NCBI GenBank assembly: GCA_963664325.2
Contig: CAXXDQ010000003.1
Span: forward strand, 1,088,001-1,152,000
Direction: 5' to 3'
DNA from: Desulfomonilia bacterium
Lineage (GTDB): Bacteria > Desulfobacterota > Desulfomonilia > UBA1062
DNA length: 64,000 nt
Positions 1 to 11,294 of this stretch are shown piece after piece. The notes below the pieces were generated by a model that worked only from the letters and a program-made list of their open reading frames with translations, was not told where the DNA came from and searched no databases. Position 1 is the first letter of the stretch, and every line of letters begins with the position of its first letter. The position numbers and the translations under genes were made by a program.

Positions 1-1
1 T

Positions 2-1819
2 TCCGGGCACAACATAGTCCGGACTTCAACACTTGATGACAATAACCTGTGGAGTCTCGATAAACAGGGTAAAGACACATTCGCCCTGAAATCAACAGTG
101 GCCATCAAATGGCTTGCTGTAAGTGAGAATGGAACCGGACTGGTCCTGTCAGACACTTGCGGTTTGACATCCCGGTTTTATATTGAGCCTGCGACAAGCT
201 GCAGGCCCTTCCCGGAGATGGACCTCAGCGCCGATGTGACAACACAGAAGGCAGTCTCCGAACAGGAGCTGGTTGGTTTTGCCGACACCCACCTGCATCT
301 ATGCGCCAATGAAGGCTTCGGGGGCAAACTGGTGATAGGCAGGAACTTCAGCCCTCTCGGTGTCACCAAGGCTCTACCGGACTGTTCATACATCCACGGT
401 AAGAACGGAGCAAATGATCTTATCGGCAATCTTACCGAGGGCAGGCTCCGACACGACACCAGCGGCTGGCCCGACTTCAAGTTCTGGCCCTACAACAATG
501 CCATGACTCATCAGATGGTTTATTACAGGTGGCTGGAACGGGCCTATCTGGGCGGATTGAGACTTGCCGTCTGTCATGCGGTCAGCAACGAACTGCTCTG
601 CCGTATCTATGGCAGCCTGCCTGGTTATAACTGCAATGACATGGCCGCTGTCGATCGTCAGCTTGACGAGATAAAAAACCTTGAAAAATACATAGACGCC
701 CAGTGCGGAGGCCCGGGCAAGGGATGGTTCCGCATAGTGTATTCGCCGAAAGAGGCAAGAGAGGTTATCGCTGACGGCAAGCTTGCCATTGTCCTTGGTA
801 TTGAGGTCGCCACACTCTTTGATGCAGCAGATGAAAACGACGTTGATCCTCAGTACCTGATAGATAAGCTTGAAGAATATCGCAACAAGGGTGTTCGGAG
901 CATATTTCCCATCCATATCTTCAATAACGCCTTCGGTGGCACCAATGTCTGGGTGCCTGTTATACCCAATCTCGGCAACCGCCTTCTCAGGGGCTCCTAT
1001 TTTGAGTTTGAGGAGTGCCCGGACCCCTCATTTACATACAAGGAACCTGCATTACTTTATCCAGAAGATCCATTCTTCATCATGCTTGCGCCTCTGATAG
1101 GTTTTATGGTGCCGTATTACCCTGCCGACCTTAAGTCGTTCGACAACAAGAGGGGGCTTACTGACATCGGTGAATTCTTTATCCATGAAATGATGAAAAA
1201 GAAGATGATAATCGAGACCGACCACATGAGCCACAAAATGGCCTTCAAGGTACTTTCAATCTGCGAAGAGGAGCATTATCCTGTGGTTGCGAGCCACAGC
1301 TGGATCGATCCGCCTGACGGGAGCATCACCTATCAGTACGCAAGGAGGATCGCAAATGTGGGCGGAATCCTTTCGCTGATGCTTTACCAGGAGAAGCATG
1401 GCGGGTGCCAGATATCGTCACAGTCATGGGCTGAGTCGTATAAAAATGCGGTGAGGGTAATGGGAATGGGCCAGTACCCTGTGGCAATTCCGTACGGATC
1501 TGATGCAAACGGCATGTGCAAACAGCCTGGGCCACGCTTCGGTGAACGGGCCTGCGACGGCAATACGCCTGAAGAGCCTCAAATAAATCCGCTCGTTTAC
1601 CCATTCAAGACACCAATCGGAGGCACCGGCGAGCTTTATCAGCTCAAGGCAGGCAACCGGACATTTGACTTCAATACCGAGGGTCTAGCATGCTACGGTT
1701 TGATTCCGGATTTTGTAGCGGATCTTAAAAACCTGGGACTTACGGATGATGATCTGAAACCTTTTTACCATTCGGCCGAGGGTTATATTGAGATGTGGGA
1801 GCGTGTTGAAAACCGCTGA
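2..1819 (+). CDS. Membrane-dipeptidase (M19)-type amidohydrolase, sphingolipid ceramide N-deacylase (SCDase)-like; 5'-truncated by the window edge
   Basis: Frame is open from base 2. Metal-binding motifs GFADTHLH, IETDHMS, VASHS and YGSDANG; family motifs THQMVYYRWLERA and GLACYGLIPDF. Confidence 0.75.
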   Translation, partial: SGHNIVRTSTLDDNNLWSLDKQGKDTFALKSTVAIKWLAVSENGTGLVLSDTCGLTSRFYIEPATSCRPFPEMDLSADVTTQKAVSEQELVGFADTHLHLCANEGFGGKLVIGRNFSPLGVTKALPDCSYIHGKNGANDLIGNLTEGRLRHDTSGWPDFKFWPYNNAMTHQMVYYRWLERAYLGGLRLAVCHAVSNELLCRIYGSLPGYNCNDMAAVDRQLDEIKNLEKYIDAQCGGPGKGWFRIVYSPKEAREVIADGKLAIVLGIEVATLFDAADENDVDPQYLIDKLEEYRNKGVRSIFPIHIFNNAFGGTNVWVPVIPNLGNRLLRGSYFEFEECPDPSFTYKEPALLYPEDPFFIMLAPLIGFMVPYYPADLKSFDNKRGLTDIGEFFIHEMMKKKMIIETDHMSHKMAFKVLSICEEEHYPVVASHSWIDPPDGSITYQYARRIANVGGILSLMLYQEKHGGCQISSQSWAESYKNAVRVMGMGQYPVAIPYGSDANGMCKQPGPRFGERACDGNTPEEPQINPLVYPFKTPIGGTGELYQLKAGNRTFDFNTEGLACYGLIPDFVADLKNLGLTDDDLKPFYHSAEGYIEMWERVENR

Positions 1820-2052
1820 ACAGATCTTGGGGAGGGTTTCCAGGGAATAGGTCGATGACCGATGTGGCGGATAACCCGTCACAATTGTCGATTCTCCAGT
1901 TTGAACAGTAGATTTTAAGATGGCGGTTTCCGGCGGTACCGAAGAACTGCAGACTTGCAGGCAATTGTTTTAGGCTCTAATCCAGCCCGTATGATAAACA
2001 TCTGTTACTGTGTATTAATCTCTGAATGTAATTGTATATTTTGACAGTACCC

Positions 2053-2080
2053 TTGACATTTCCCGACAGCAACTTATTAT
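2053..2080 (+). promoter_or_regulatory. Putative sigma70 promoter
   Basis: TTGACA-16 bp-TATTAT upstream of a GGGAGGAGG RBS and the ATG at 2138. Confidence 0.45.
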
Positions 2081-2137
2081 TTATAGCATTGGTTTGCGCA
2101 TGAACCCTTATATCTAATAAACAGGGAGGAGGATTTT

Positions 2138-3860
2138 ATGAGAAAATTATCAATAATCTCGATTATTCTCATGGTATCAGCTATGCTGAGCGGCTGCATC
2201 ATATCGATCACTCCGAAAGATAATCCCTTGATCATGTCTCCCGGAGTGACCACGGTATTAACAATCAAGGCCTACTTCACCCCGATAAAGTATGTATGGA
2301 CAGTAGATGATACTGTAGATCCGGCCGCAACAGGCAACTCATATTCATACATGCTAAATGATGTGCTTCCTTCTACGCATACTATCAATGTGGTTGCAGT
2401 TCACTTCCTTTATAAAGACTCGTACACATGGAACATAAAGTATGAGGGCTCAAACAGACCGCCTGTTGCTTCAGCCGGACCTGATAAAAAAGGTCATATA
2501 AGGCGCATCGTGACCCTTGACGGCGGCGGCTCTACGGACCCGGACGGCAATATCGTTTCTTTTCTCTGGGAGCAGACAGACGGGCCTACTGTAACCCTGT
2601 CTGACCCGAGTGCCATACAGCCTCAATTCCTGGCTGAAGTCTCAGCAAGTTCAAGCCTTACATTCAGGTTGACGGTAACGGATGCAGGCGGCCTCTCTTC
2701 AAGCGACACCTGCATCGTCAGTTTCTATGAAGAAACATGGAGCATGTTCATGCAGGACAGTCGGCATACGGGACGAAGCCCGTATATTGGCGCACAGACC
2801 AACAACTTGAAGTGGTCATTCATGACTACCGGCGGGTATGTTTACAGCAGCCCGACTGTCGGTGCAAACGGCATGGTGTATGTGGGCGAATTCGGTGATC
2901 AGGGGGGGGGGGTACAACTTCCCGAGCAAAGTCTATGCAATCGACAGTGAAAGCGGCACTGAAATGTGGTCTTTCCTGACACAAAACTGGATATGGGGTG
3001 CCCCTGCAATAGGGCCTGACGGCACTGTATATGTGGGAAGCGAAGATACCAGCCTATATGCGCTTGACGGGATGACAGGTACGCTGAAGTGGTCATTTGC
3101 AGCTGGCGATTCCATATGGGGCAGCCCGACTGTGGGGCCCGATGGCACGGTTTATTTTGGCAGCTGGGACGGCTTCATATATGCCATTGATCATGCAACC
3201 GGCGACGCGAAGTGGTCCTATGATACAATGAGCCTTGTAATATGCAGTCCGGCCATCGGAACTGACGGTACTGTGTATGCGGGCGACATGAGCGGGAATA
3301 TCATCGCCATTGACGGTGCAACCGGCGAGGATAAATGGGTGTATGTAATGGGGCTGCCAGGCAGTGATCAGGTATGGGGAAGTCCGGCCATCGGTTCTGA
3401 CGGCACTGTTTATATAGGGGGATGGAATTCCGGCAAACTCTTTGCACTCGATGGGGCTACAGGCGCCAAGAAATGGGAGTATAATACAGGCAGCGGCATA
3501 TGGACCTGTCCGGCTATAGGGGCTGACGGCACAGTTTACGTGGGGAGCTATTACAATGGCAAACTGACGGCTCTTGACGGGGCGACCGGCGCCTTCAAGT
3601 GGGCATTTTCAGCAACCGCCGGCAGTTATATGGCTGGCAGCCCGGCGATCGGGGCTGACGGTACAGTGTATGCAGGTGAAGCTGTTATGAAGGATCCACC
3701 GCTTTCTGCAAGCAAGGTTTATGCCCTTGATGGAGAAACCGGCGCCGTGAGATGGGAGTATCTGGTGGGTGACAGGGTTGAGAGCAGCCCGGCCATCGGA
3801 GCGGACGGCACAGTCTATATCGGCAGCAAAGATGGAAATGTCTATGCTTTCGGGGAATGA
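2138..3860 (+). CDS. Lipoprotein with a PKD/Ig-like domain and an 8-bladed PQQ-type (BamB-like) beta-propeller; split by a +1 frameshift in a G11 run
   Basis: Lipobox LSGC; NRPPVASAGPD...LTFRLTVTD PKD motif; eight SP(A/T)(I/V)GxDGTVYxG-type repeats. ORFs 2138..2950 and 2838..3860 join (DQGGG|YNFPSK) if one G is removed. Confidence 0.85.
2902..2912 (+). repeat. Poly-G tract (G11) at the frameshift
   Basis: Sequence cag-ggggggggg-gtac: G10 restores the frame. Confidence 0.9.
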
Positions 3861-4172
3861 TGATACTGGCATAAATAAATATTTCCGATTGAAGTGAATC
3901 ATCCGGGGACTTCAAGTTGCCGGCTGATTCACCATAATATAAATCTCCGTACAAACTATATAGGGACGCTCCTTATATTATAATATTCTCCATAAATCCA
4001 ACTTGACTGCCTGATAATTTATTTGATGAAAATACAATAAAAAAAAGGTACACTCCTGATAAAGATAAAATATCCGCAAGGGAGAAGCGTCTCCAGGTGT
4101 GCCTCTACGAATGACGCGAAATATGCGAAAGGGGAAGAGCTGCTTATTCCATAATTTGTAAGGAGACGCCGT

Positions 4173-6452
4173 ATGAGTAATCCTGACGACAAAACCAAGT
4201 CTTTGCAACATCGCAAGAGGGCCGAGAAAATTGGCCTGGACAAGGAAAGCGGCCTGTGGATGGCTGGCGCGATTACAACAGTGCTGATAGCCGGTACATT
4301 GTTTTCCATATGGACTCTTTCGCGGACCGACCATGAAATGCGTTCCGACTTGCTTCAGCAGGCACAGATAATAGCGCAAACGGTAAATGCCGAAAGCCTC
4401 AAATCCCTTACCGGCACCAAGGCCGACCTTGCTTCCCCTGACTATGTACGGCTTAAAGAACAATTGTCCCTTGTCCGGAAGGTTAACGAGAAGTGCAGGT
4501 TTATCTATCTTCTAGGCCGCAGAAACACACTCGGTTCGCCCGAAAGGAAGAGCGGCCTGGAAGGGGGTGTAGTATTCTCCTTTGTAAACAATGAGCCGCC
4601 TGATTCCAAGGATTATTTTCCACCAGGAAAGGTATATGACAAGGTCACAAAAGTAATGCTCCGTGTCTTCGACACCAGGACCGAAGGTGTAGAGGGTCCT
4701 GTCACCGACCGCTGGGGGGACACAAGAATCACGGCTCTGGAGCCGATAACGGACCCTGGTACGGGCAAGCTGATAGCCGTTCTGGACATGGACTTTGACG
4801 CCAATGACTGGAAATGGGAAGTCGCCGCCAATTCGTTATTGGCAGCAGGCTTGATGATCACATTCCTGATTCTGTTGATAATCGTGGCCCGCTCGCGGGC
4901 GATCATGCATGAAGAGCTGCTAGAAAATGAAACAAAATATCGTCTTGTCGTTGAGAACGCACAGGAATCAATCCTGATCGTACAGGATGTGACCTGTATC
5001 TTCGCCAATAGTGCTGCTCTGGAGACGATTGGATATTCTGAAAAGATATTGACATCCAGGCCTTTCACAGATTTCATCTATCCTGATGATTGTAATATGG
5101 TCGTCGATCGCCATACAAAAAGACTTAATGGTGAGGAGATTCCCCGTGTTTATGATTTCAGGATTGTCTGCCAGGACGGAACCATAAAGTGGGTTGAACT
5201 GAATGCAGCAGTTATATCATGGAAAGGAAAACCAGCAACGCTTAATTTCATGAGTGACATCACCGAGCGCAAGAAGGGTGAGGAGGAGAGGGAGAAGCTG
5301 CAGGTGCAGTTGAATCAGGCCCAGAAGATGGAGTCCGTCGGCCGTCTGGCTGGCGGCGTGGCGCACGATTTCAACAACATGCTCAGCGTCATTCTGGGGC
5401 ATGCTGAACTGGCCATGATGAGGGCTGATCCTGAGCAACCGTTGTACCATAATTTGCAGGAAATACGTAAAGCCTCAGAGCGTTCCGCGGACCTCACACG
5501 GCAACTCCTGGCCTTTGCCAGGAAGCAGACCGTGGTTCCGAAGGTTCTTGACCTCAATGAGGCCGTGGAAGGGATGCTCAAGATGCTGAGGCGGCTCATC
5601 GGCGAAGACATCGATCTGGCCTGGCTGCCGGGCAAGAATCTCGCATCGGTCAAGCTGGACCCCTCCCAGATCGACCAGATCCTGGCCAACCTGCTTGTCA
5701 ACGCCCGTGACGCCATAGCCGGGGATGGCAAGGTAACCATTGAAACGGGTAATGTAACCCTGGATGAAAGCTACTGTGCCGATCATGCGGGATTTGTCCC
5801 GGGAGACTATGTACTTCTGGCCGTAAGTGACAATGGCAGCGGAATGGACAAAGAAACCCTGGCCAACATATTCGAGCCATTTTTCACCACCAAAGGGGTG
5901 GGAGAAGGCACCGGCCTGGGGCTGTCCACTGTTTACGGCATAGTCAAGCAGAACAACGGATTCATCAATGTATACAGCGAACCCGGCTATGGGACCACCT
6001 TCAGGATATACCTGCCCCGGTATACGGGCAAACCCGTACAGATGCTTACAAAAGGTGCTGAGTCGCCTGTCGAGCGAGGCCAGGAAACCATACTGCTGGT
6101 GGAAGACGATCTGGCGATTCTCAACATGACCACTTCAATGCTCCAGCAACTGGGCTATACCGGACTTGCGGCTTCAGGCCCGGGCGAGGCCATCCGTCTG
6201 GCTGAAAACTACATCGGTGAAATCCACCTGCTCATGACCGACGTGGTCATGCCCGAAATGAACGGACGGGATTTGGCCGCCAAACTTTTATCTCTCCACC
6301 CGAATCTAAAGATCCTTTTCATGTCCGGCTACACGGCTGATACCATTGCCCACCACGGTGTTCTGGACGAGGGCGTGCATTTCATCCAGAAGCCGTTCTC
6401 GCTGCAGGATCTGGCTGCAAAAATGCGGGAGGTGCTTAACAGCGACGAATAA
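4173..6452 (+). CDS. Hybrid sensor histidine kinase (2 TM + periplasmic sensor, PAS, HisKA, HATPase, REC)
   Basis: H-box [10 protein letters not shown]; NARDA, DNGSG, FEPFFTTK and GTGLGL boxes; C-terminal receiver (LLMTDVVMP, FIQKPF). Confidence 0.95.
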   Translation: MSNPDDKTKSLQHRKRAEKIGLDKESGLWMAGAITTVLIAGTLFSIWTLSRTDHEMRSDLLQQAQIIAQTVNAESLKSLTGTKADLASPDYVRLKEQLSLVRKVNEKCRFIYLLGRRNTLGSPERKSGLEGGVVFSFVNNEPPDSKDYFPPGKVYDKVTKVMLRVFDTRTEGVEGPVTDRWGDTRITALEPITDPGTGKLIAVLDMDFDANDWKWEVAANSLLAAGLMITFLILLIIVARSRAIMHEELLENETKYRLVVENAQESILIVQDVTCIFANSAALETIGYSEKILTSRPFTDFIYPDDCNMVVDRHTKRLNGEEIPRVYDFRIVCQDGTIKWVELNAAVISWKGKPATLNFMSDITERKKGEEEREKLQVQLNQAQKMESVGRLAGGVAHDFNNMLSVILGHAELAMMRADPEQPLYHNLQEIRKASERSADLTRQLLAFARKQTVVPKVLDLNEAVEGMLKMLRRLIGEDIDLAWLPGKNLASVKLDPSQIDQILANLLVNARDAIAGDGKVTIETGNVTLDESYCADHAGFVPGDYVLLAVSDNGSGMDKETLANIFEPFFTTKGVGEGTGLGLSTVYGIVKQNNGFINVYSEPGYGTTFRIYLPRYTGKPVQMLTKGAESPVERGQETILLVEDDLAILNMTTSMLQQLGYTGLAASGPGEAIRLAENYIGEIHLLMTDVVMPEMNGRDLAAKLLSLHPNLKILFMSGYTADTIAHHGVLDEGVHFIQKPFSLQDLAAKMREVLNSDE
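5281..6020 (+). repeat. About 740-bp direct repeat, copy 1 (kinase core)
   Basis: Nearly base-for-base match to 10121..10860 at offset 4840, with scattered mostly synonymous differences. Confidence 0.9.
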
Positions 6453-6817
6453 GACAGGATTCCGGCCAGGAAGGAATTGTTCCGGAAAGGATTCCTCTCT
6501 ACTCTGTTCAGGGTTTTGAATTTAACCGTGAAATAGTATTGGCAACAACCTTTGTTGCCTGCTGCAGACATAGACTGAATTTGAAATTGGCGCCTTGTTT
6601 TTTCATTTTTACGAGATGCTCCATTATAACTATTAGGGGACGTTCCTTATATTTTGGTGAAAATGCAATAAAAGAAGGGTATAGTCTTTATAAAGATGAA
6701 ATATTCCAAAAGAATGAACGTATTTGAATATTCTTCGAAAGGTCCGTCAATAAATCTTCCCGTACTACGCGAATGTGAAAAAACTTCTTGTCCGGTTAGC
6801 TATAAAGGAGAAGCTGT

Positions 6818-9800
6818 ATGAGTAATCATAACGAAAAGACCAAACACAAGCTTTTGCTCAGACAGGCCGGCAGAAAGAATCTTAGCAGAGGAAGAGGCCT
6901 GTGGATAGCCGTTATGATCACGGTTATATTTGTCATCGGAATGCTGTTTGCATTATGGACCGTCATGCAGGCCGACCGCAGGATGCGCACAGATCTGCTC
7001 CAGCAGGCGCGAGTGCTGGCACAGGCGGTAGATGTCAATAACGTCAAAGCGCTCCACCGGCACCGCTGCCGACCTTAACAAACCTGAGTATCTGAAACTG
7101 AAAGGACAGTTTGCCGCCGTCAAACACGCTAACGAAAAGTACCGGTTCGTTTATCTACTGGGCCGCAGGGACTGTTTTTGCCGCACATGATGGGAAGAGC
7201 CGTAAGGCAGGCGGAACAGTTTTTTTCTTTGTGGACAACGAGCCGCCTGATTCAAAGGGACTATTCTCCGCCAGGACAGGTCTATGACGATGTCTCAAAA
7301 GTATTACTCAGGGTTTTCGACACCCGGACAGAGGCCGTCGAAGGACCTGTGACCGACAACTGGGGCACATGGGGTTTCAGCGCTGGTACCGGTGACCGAC
7401 CCTGTTACCGGCAGGCTGATAGCAGTGCTTGGAATAGATATAAATGCTCTCACCTGGAAATGGGATCTGGCGGCACGGGCGGCCCTGCCTGTAGGGCTGA
7501 CACTCGTTTTGATTATTGGCGTGGCAGCATATTTCTTCACCCGCCGTGTTGACGTCGCGCCCAAACATGTTCTGAAGAGCCTTATGCTCCCGCTTACTGC
7601 AGTGATGCTATTACTTGTCACAAGCTTCGCTGTATTGTTGTTTATACAGCAGGAAGCCCAGCTGAATGAGTCCAGCCGGAAGGTTCTGAAAGAGGCTTCA
7701 AACGGCTTATCACAGGAGCTTGCTGAACAATCCCTGATGCTGGCTGCCCTTGAAGAAATCATTATCAAGGACAAAGGCCTTTGTGAGGCATTCAAAGCCC
7801 GGGACCGTCAACGCCTGCTGGCAGCCTATTCACCGCTCTTCGCCAAACTCAAGGCAGATAATGCAATCACTCATTTTTATTTTATGGACCCGAAATGTAT
7901 CTGCCTGCTGCGTCTACACAAACCGGAAAGATACGGTGATCAAATCAAGCGTTTTACTGCGCTTGAGGCCAAACGCACAGGCAAACCCCGCATCAGGCAT
8001 TGAACTTGGGCCTTTGGGCACTTTCACCCTGCGGGTGGTGCGGCCGGTATATGACAACGGAACACTCATCGGCTACCTGGAACTGGGTAAGGAGATCGAA
8101 GACATCCTGGCCGGAATCCAAAGACAATCGGGTGTCGAATTGGCTTTGACCATTCACAAGAGGCTCCTGAAACGAAGCGACTGGGAATCGAGCATGAAGA
8201 TGATGGGCCGCGAGACCAACTGGGAGCGCTTTCCCGAGGATGTTCTGATTTACTCGTCTCTTTTCCCGTTCCCCGCCGAAGCCGGGAAGTTTGTCGGTGT
8301 GCAGTAGTAAACCACACATATAAGGAAAAAACTTTAGAAGCCAAATTCAACGGGTCTACATGGCGAATTATGATCAGTCCGCTCACGGACGCTTCCGGCG
8401 TACGTGTTGGTGAAATGTTCGTTATGAAGGACATTTCCGAAACAAAGGCAGCACACTGGCGGCTGCTAGCCATCGGCTTCGGGGTTTTGCTGGTGCTGCT
8501 GGCCGGACTGTTTGCATTTCTTTTTGTCCTGTTGCGCCGTACCCGATGCAGGCATCCGTTCCCAGCAGAAGGATCTCAAAGACAGCGAGGAGAGATACCG
8601 CAACATATTGGACAACATGCAGGATGCATATTTTGAAATGGACCTGACCGGCAACATTACCTTTGTTAATGAAGCCACCTGCCGCAGCCTCGGCTACACA
8701 CGGGAGGAATTGATAGGACGGAACTACCGCATGGTTGCTTCCGGAGAAGCCGAGATAAAATATGCCTATGAGATCTACAATAAAGTATTCCAGACAGGAA
8801 AGCCGAACAAGGGTGTTGCCTTCAAAGTCGTGGGTAAGGATGGAAAGGTCGGATATGCGGAGACCTCGATTTCTCTTTTAAAGGATAAAAACGGTGACGC
8901 CATAGGATTCCCGAAGCGTAGCCCGGGACACCACCGAAAAAATATTGGCGGAGGAAAAAATAAAACGGAGCGAAGAACGCTACCGCCTTTTGTCCGAACA
9001 CACAACGGATTCTGTGTGGCTGATGGATATGAATTTCAAGATTATATACCAGAGCCCTTCCGTGTTGAAAAATGAGCGGTTTCACCGTGCAGGAAATCAT
9101 GGAAATGGACGCTGGGTGAGTATATCTCACCCGAGTCGCTGAAACTGGTATTCGAAGTGATATTTCAAGAGAAATGCCCAGGATTGAAACCGATCCGACC
9201 TATAATCCCATCCTGACAATGGAGCTTGAATATTACCGGGAAGGATGGCACTATTATGTGGACGGAAAATAAAATCAGCATCATACGGGATGAGAACTCC
9301 ATGCCGCTGTCCATTCTTGGAGAGTCCCGCGACATCACGGAGCGTAAGCAGGCCGAAAAGAGGCTTAAAGAGAGCCAGGAACTCTACCGCTTGCTGTCCG
9401 AACACACGACAGATTCCGTATGGATGATGGATATGAACCTCAAAACCACATACCACAGCCCCTCCATTGAAAAAATACAAGGTTTCACGCCACAGGAGAT
9501 AATGGAAATGCCCTTGGAGAAGAACCTCACTCCGGCGTCGCTTAAGCTGGTATCTGAAGTTGTTTTCAAGGAGCTGCCTTTGATATGGGCCGATCCTGGC
9601 TATAATCCTGTCATCACGTTAGACCTCGAGTATTACTGCAAGAACGGAACCACCAAATGGGCGGAAAACAAGTTCAGCGTCATACGGGGTTCTGACGGAA
9701 AGCCACTATCCATAATAGGCGAAGCCCGTGACATCACGGAGCGGAAAAGCGCTGAGGATGCACTAAGGGAGAGCGAAGCTCAGAAGAAAGCCATTCTGGA

Positions 9801-11294
9801 CGGTATCACCACCAACATCGCCCTGGTGGATAAAAATATGACTATCCTGTGGGCCAATAAAACAGCTGCAGCATCAGTAAATAAGCTACCGGAAGAGATG
9901 ATCGGCCGGACCTGTCATTCCCTCTGGGGGAACCCCGGCGAGCCATGCGATCAATGCCCGTCTTTGAAGGCCTTCAAAACAAGAAAGTCCGAACATATAA
10001 TCATGCATACTCCAGATGGCCGGATTTGGGACGAAAGGGGTGAGCCGGTTTACGATGCAACAGGAAATGTGGTTGCCGTAGTTGAAATTGCCCAGGACAT
10101 CACCGATATCAAACACGCGGAGGAGGAGAGGGAGAAGCTGCAGGAGCAATTGAGCCAGGCCCAGAAGATGGAATCCGTGGGCCGTCTGGCTGGCGGCGTG
10201 GCGCACGATTTCAACAACATGCTCAGCGTCATTCTGGGGCATGCTGAACTGGCCATGATGCTGACTGACCCCGAACAACCTCTCTACCATGATCTGGAGG
10301 AAATACGTAAAGCCTCGGAGCGTTCCGCGGACCTCACACGGCAACTCCTGGCCTTTGCCCGGAAGCAGACCGTGGTTCCGAAGGTTCTTGACCTCAATGA
10401 GGCCGTGGAAGGGATGCTCAAGATGCTGAGGCGGCTCATCGGCGAAGACATCGATCTGGCCTGGCTGCCTGGCAAGAATCTCGCATCGGTCAAGCTGGAT
10501 CCCTCCCAGATCGACCAGGTCCTGGCCAACCTGCTTGTCAATGCCCGTGACGCCATAGCCGGGGATGGCAAGGTAACCATTGAAACGGGAAATGTAACCC
10601 TGGATGAAAACTACTGTGCCGATCATGCGGGATTTGTCCCGGGAGACTATGTACTTCTGGCCGTAAGTGACAACGGCAGCGGAATGGACAAAGAAACCCT
10701 GGCCAACATATTCGAGCCATTTTTCACCACCAAAGGGGTGGGAGAAGGCACCGGCCTGGGGCTGTCCACCGTTTACGGCATTGTCAAGCAGAACAACGGA
10801 TTCATCAATGTATACAGCGAACCCGGCTATGGGACCACCTTCAGGATATATCTGCCCCGGTTATACAGGCAAAACCGGGGTGCTAAAGACAAAAGGTCTT
10901 ATGGCGGCCTGTCGAGCGAGGCCAGGAAACCATACTGCTGGTGGAAGACGAGCCTTCGATCCTTAACATGACCACATCAATGCTTCAACACCTGGGGTAT
11001 ATACCGGACTGGCGGCTTCAGGTCCGGGCGAGGCCATCCGCTTTGTAGAGACATACGTTGGTGATATCCACCTGCTCATGACCGACGTGGTCATGCCCCG
11101 AAATGAACGGAAGGGATTTGGCCTCCAAACTTTTATCTCTCCATCCGAATCTCAAGATCCTTTTCATGTCAGGCTACACGGCCAATGTAATTGCCCATCA
11201 CGGTGTGCTTGATAAAGGCGTATTTTTCATTCAGAAGCCGTTCTCGATGCAGGACCTGGCTTCGAAACTGAGAGACGTGCTGGACAGCAAATAA
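6818..11294 (+). pseudogene. Large paralogous hybrid histidine kinase (periplasmic sensor, dCache-like domain, about 4 PAS, HisKA, HATPase, REC), broken by more than 10 frameshifts that are probably sequencing errors
   Basis: Consecutive ORF fragments (6818, 7178, 7392, 7750, 8370, 8512, 8945, 9226, 11103) form one domain series homologous to 4173..6452. Most breaks I could place are extra bases in short runs. Confidence 0.85.
10121..10860 (+). repeat. About 740-bp direct repeat, copy 2 (kinase core)
   Basis: Matches 5281..6020. Confidence 0.9.

Noticed and set aside
2840-3850. Regularly spaced DNA repeats resembling a CRISPR array
   Set aside because: They are degenerate codon-level repeats of propeller blades inside a CDS; no cas genes.
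6711-6720. AGAATGAACG, a half-site of the 48694 palindrome
   Set aside because: The second half-site is absent.
8305-8310. TAG-TAA inside the second kinase as stop-codon readthrough or recoding
   Set aside because: The protein continues in another frame, so it is better explained by nearby indels.
5281-10860. Kinase repeat pair as a diversity-generating retroelement TR/VR
   Set aside because: Differences are not adenine-specific, both copies are coding, and there is no reverse transcriptase.
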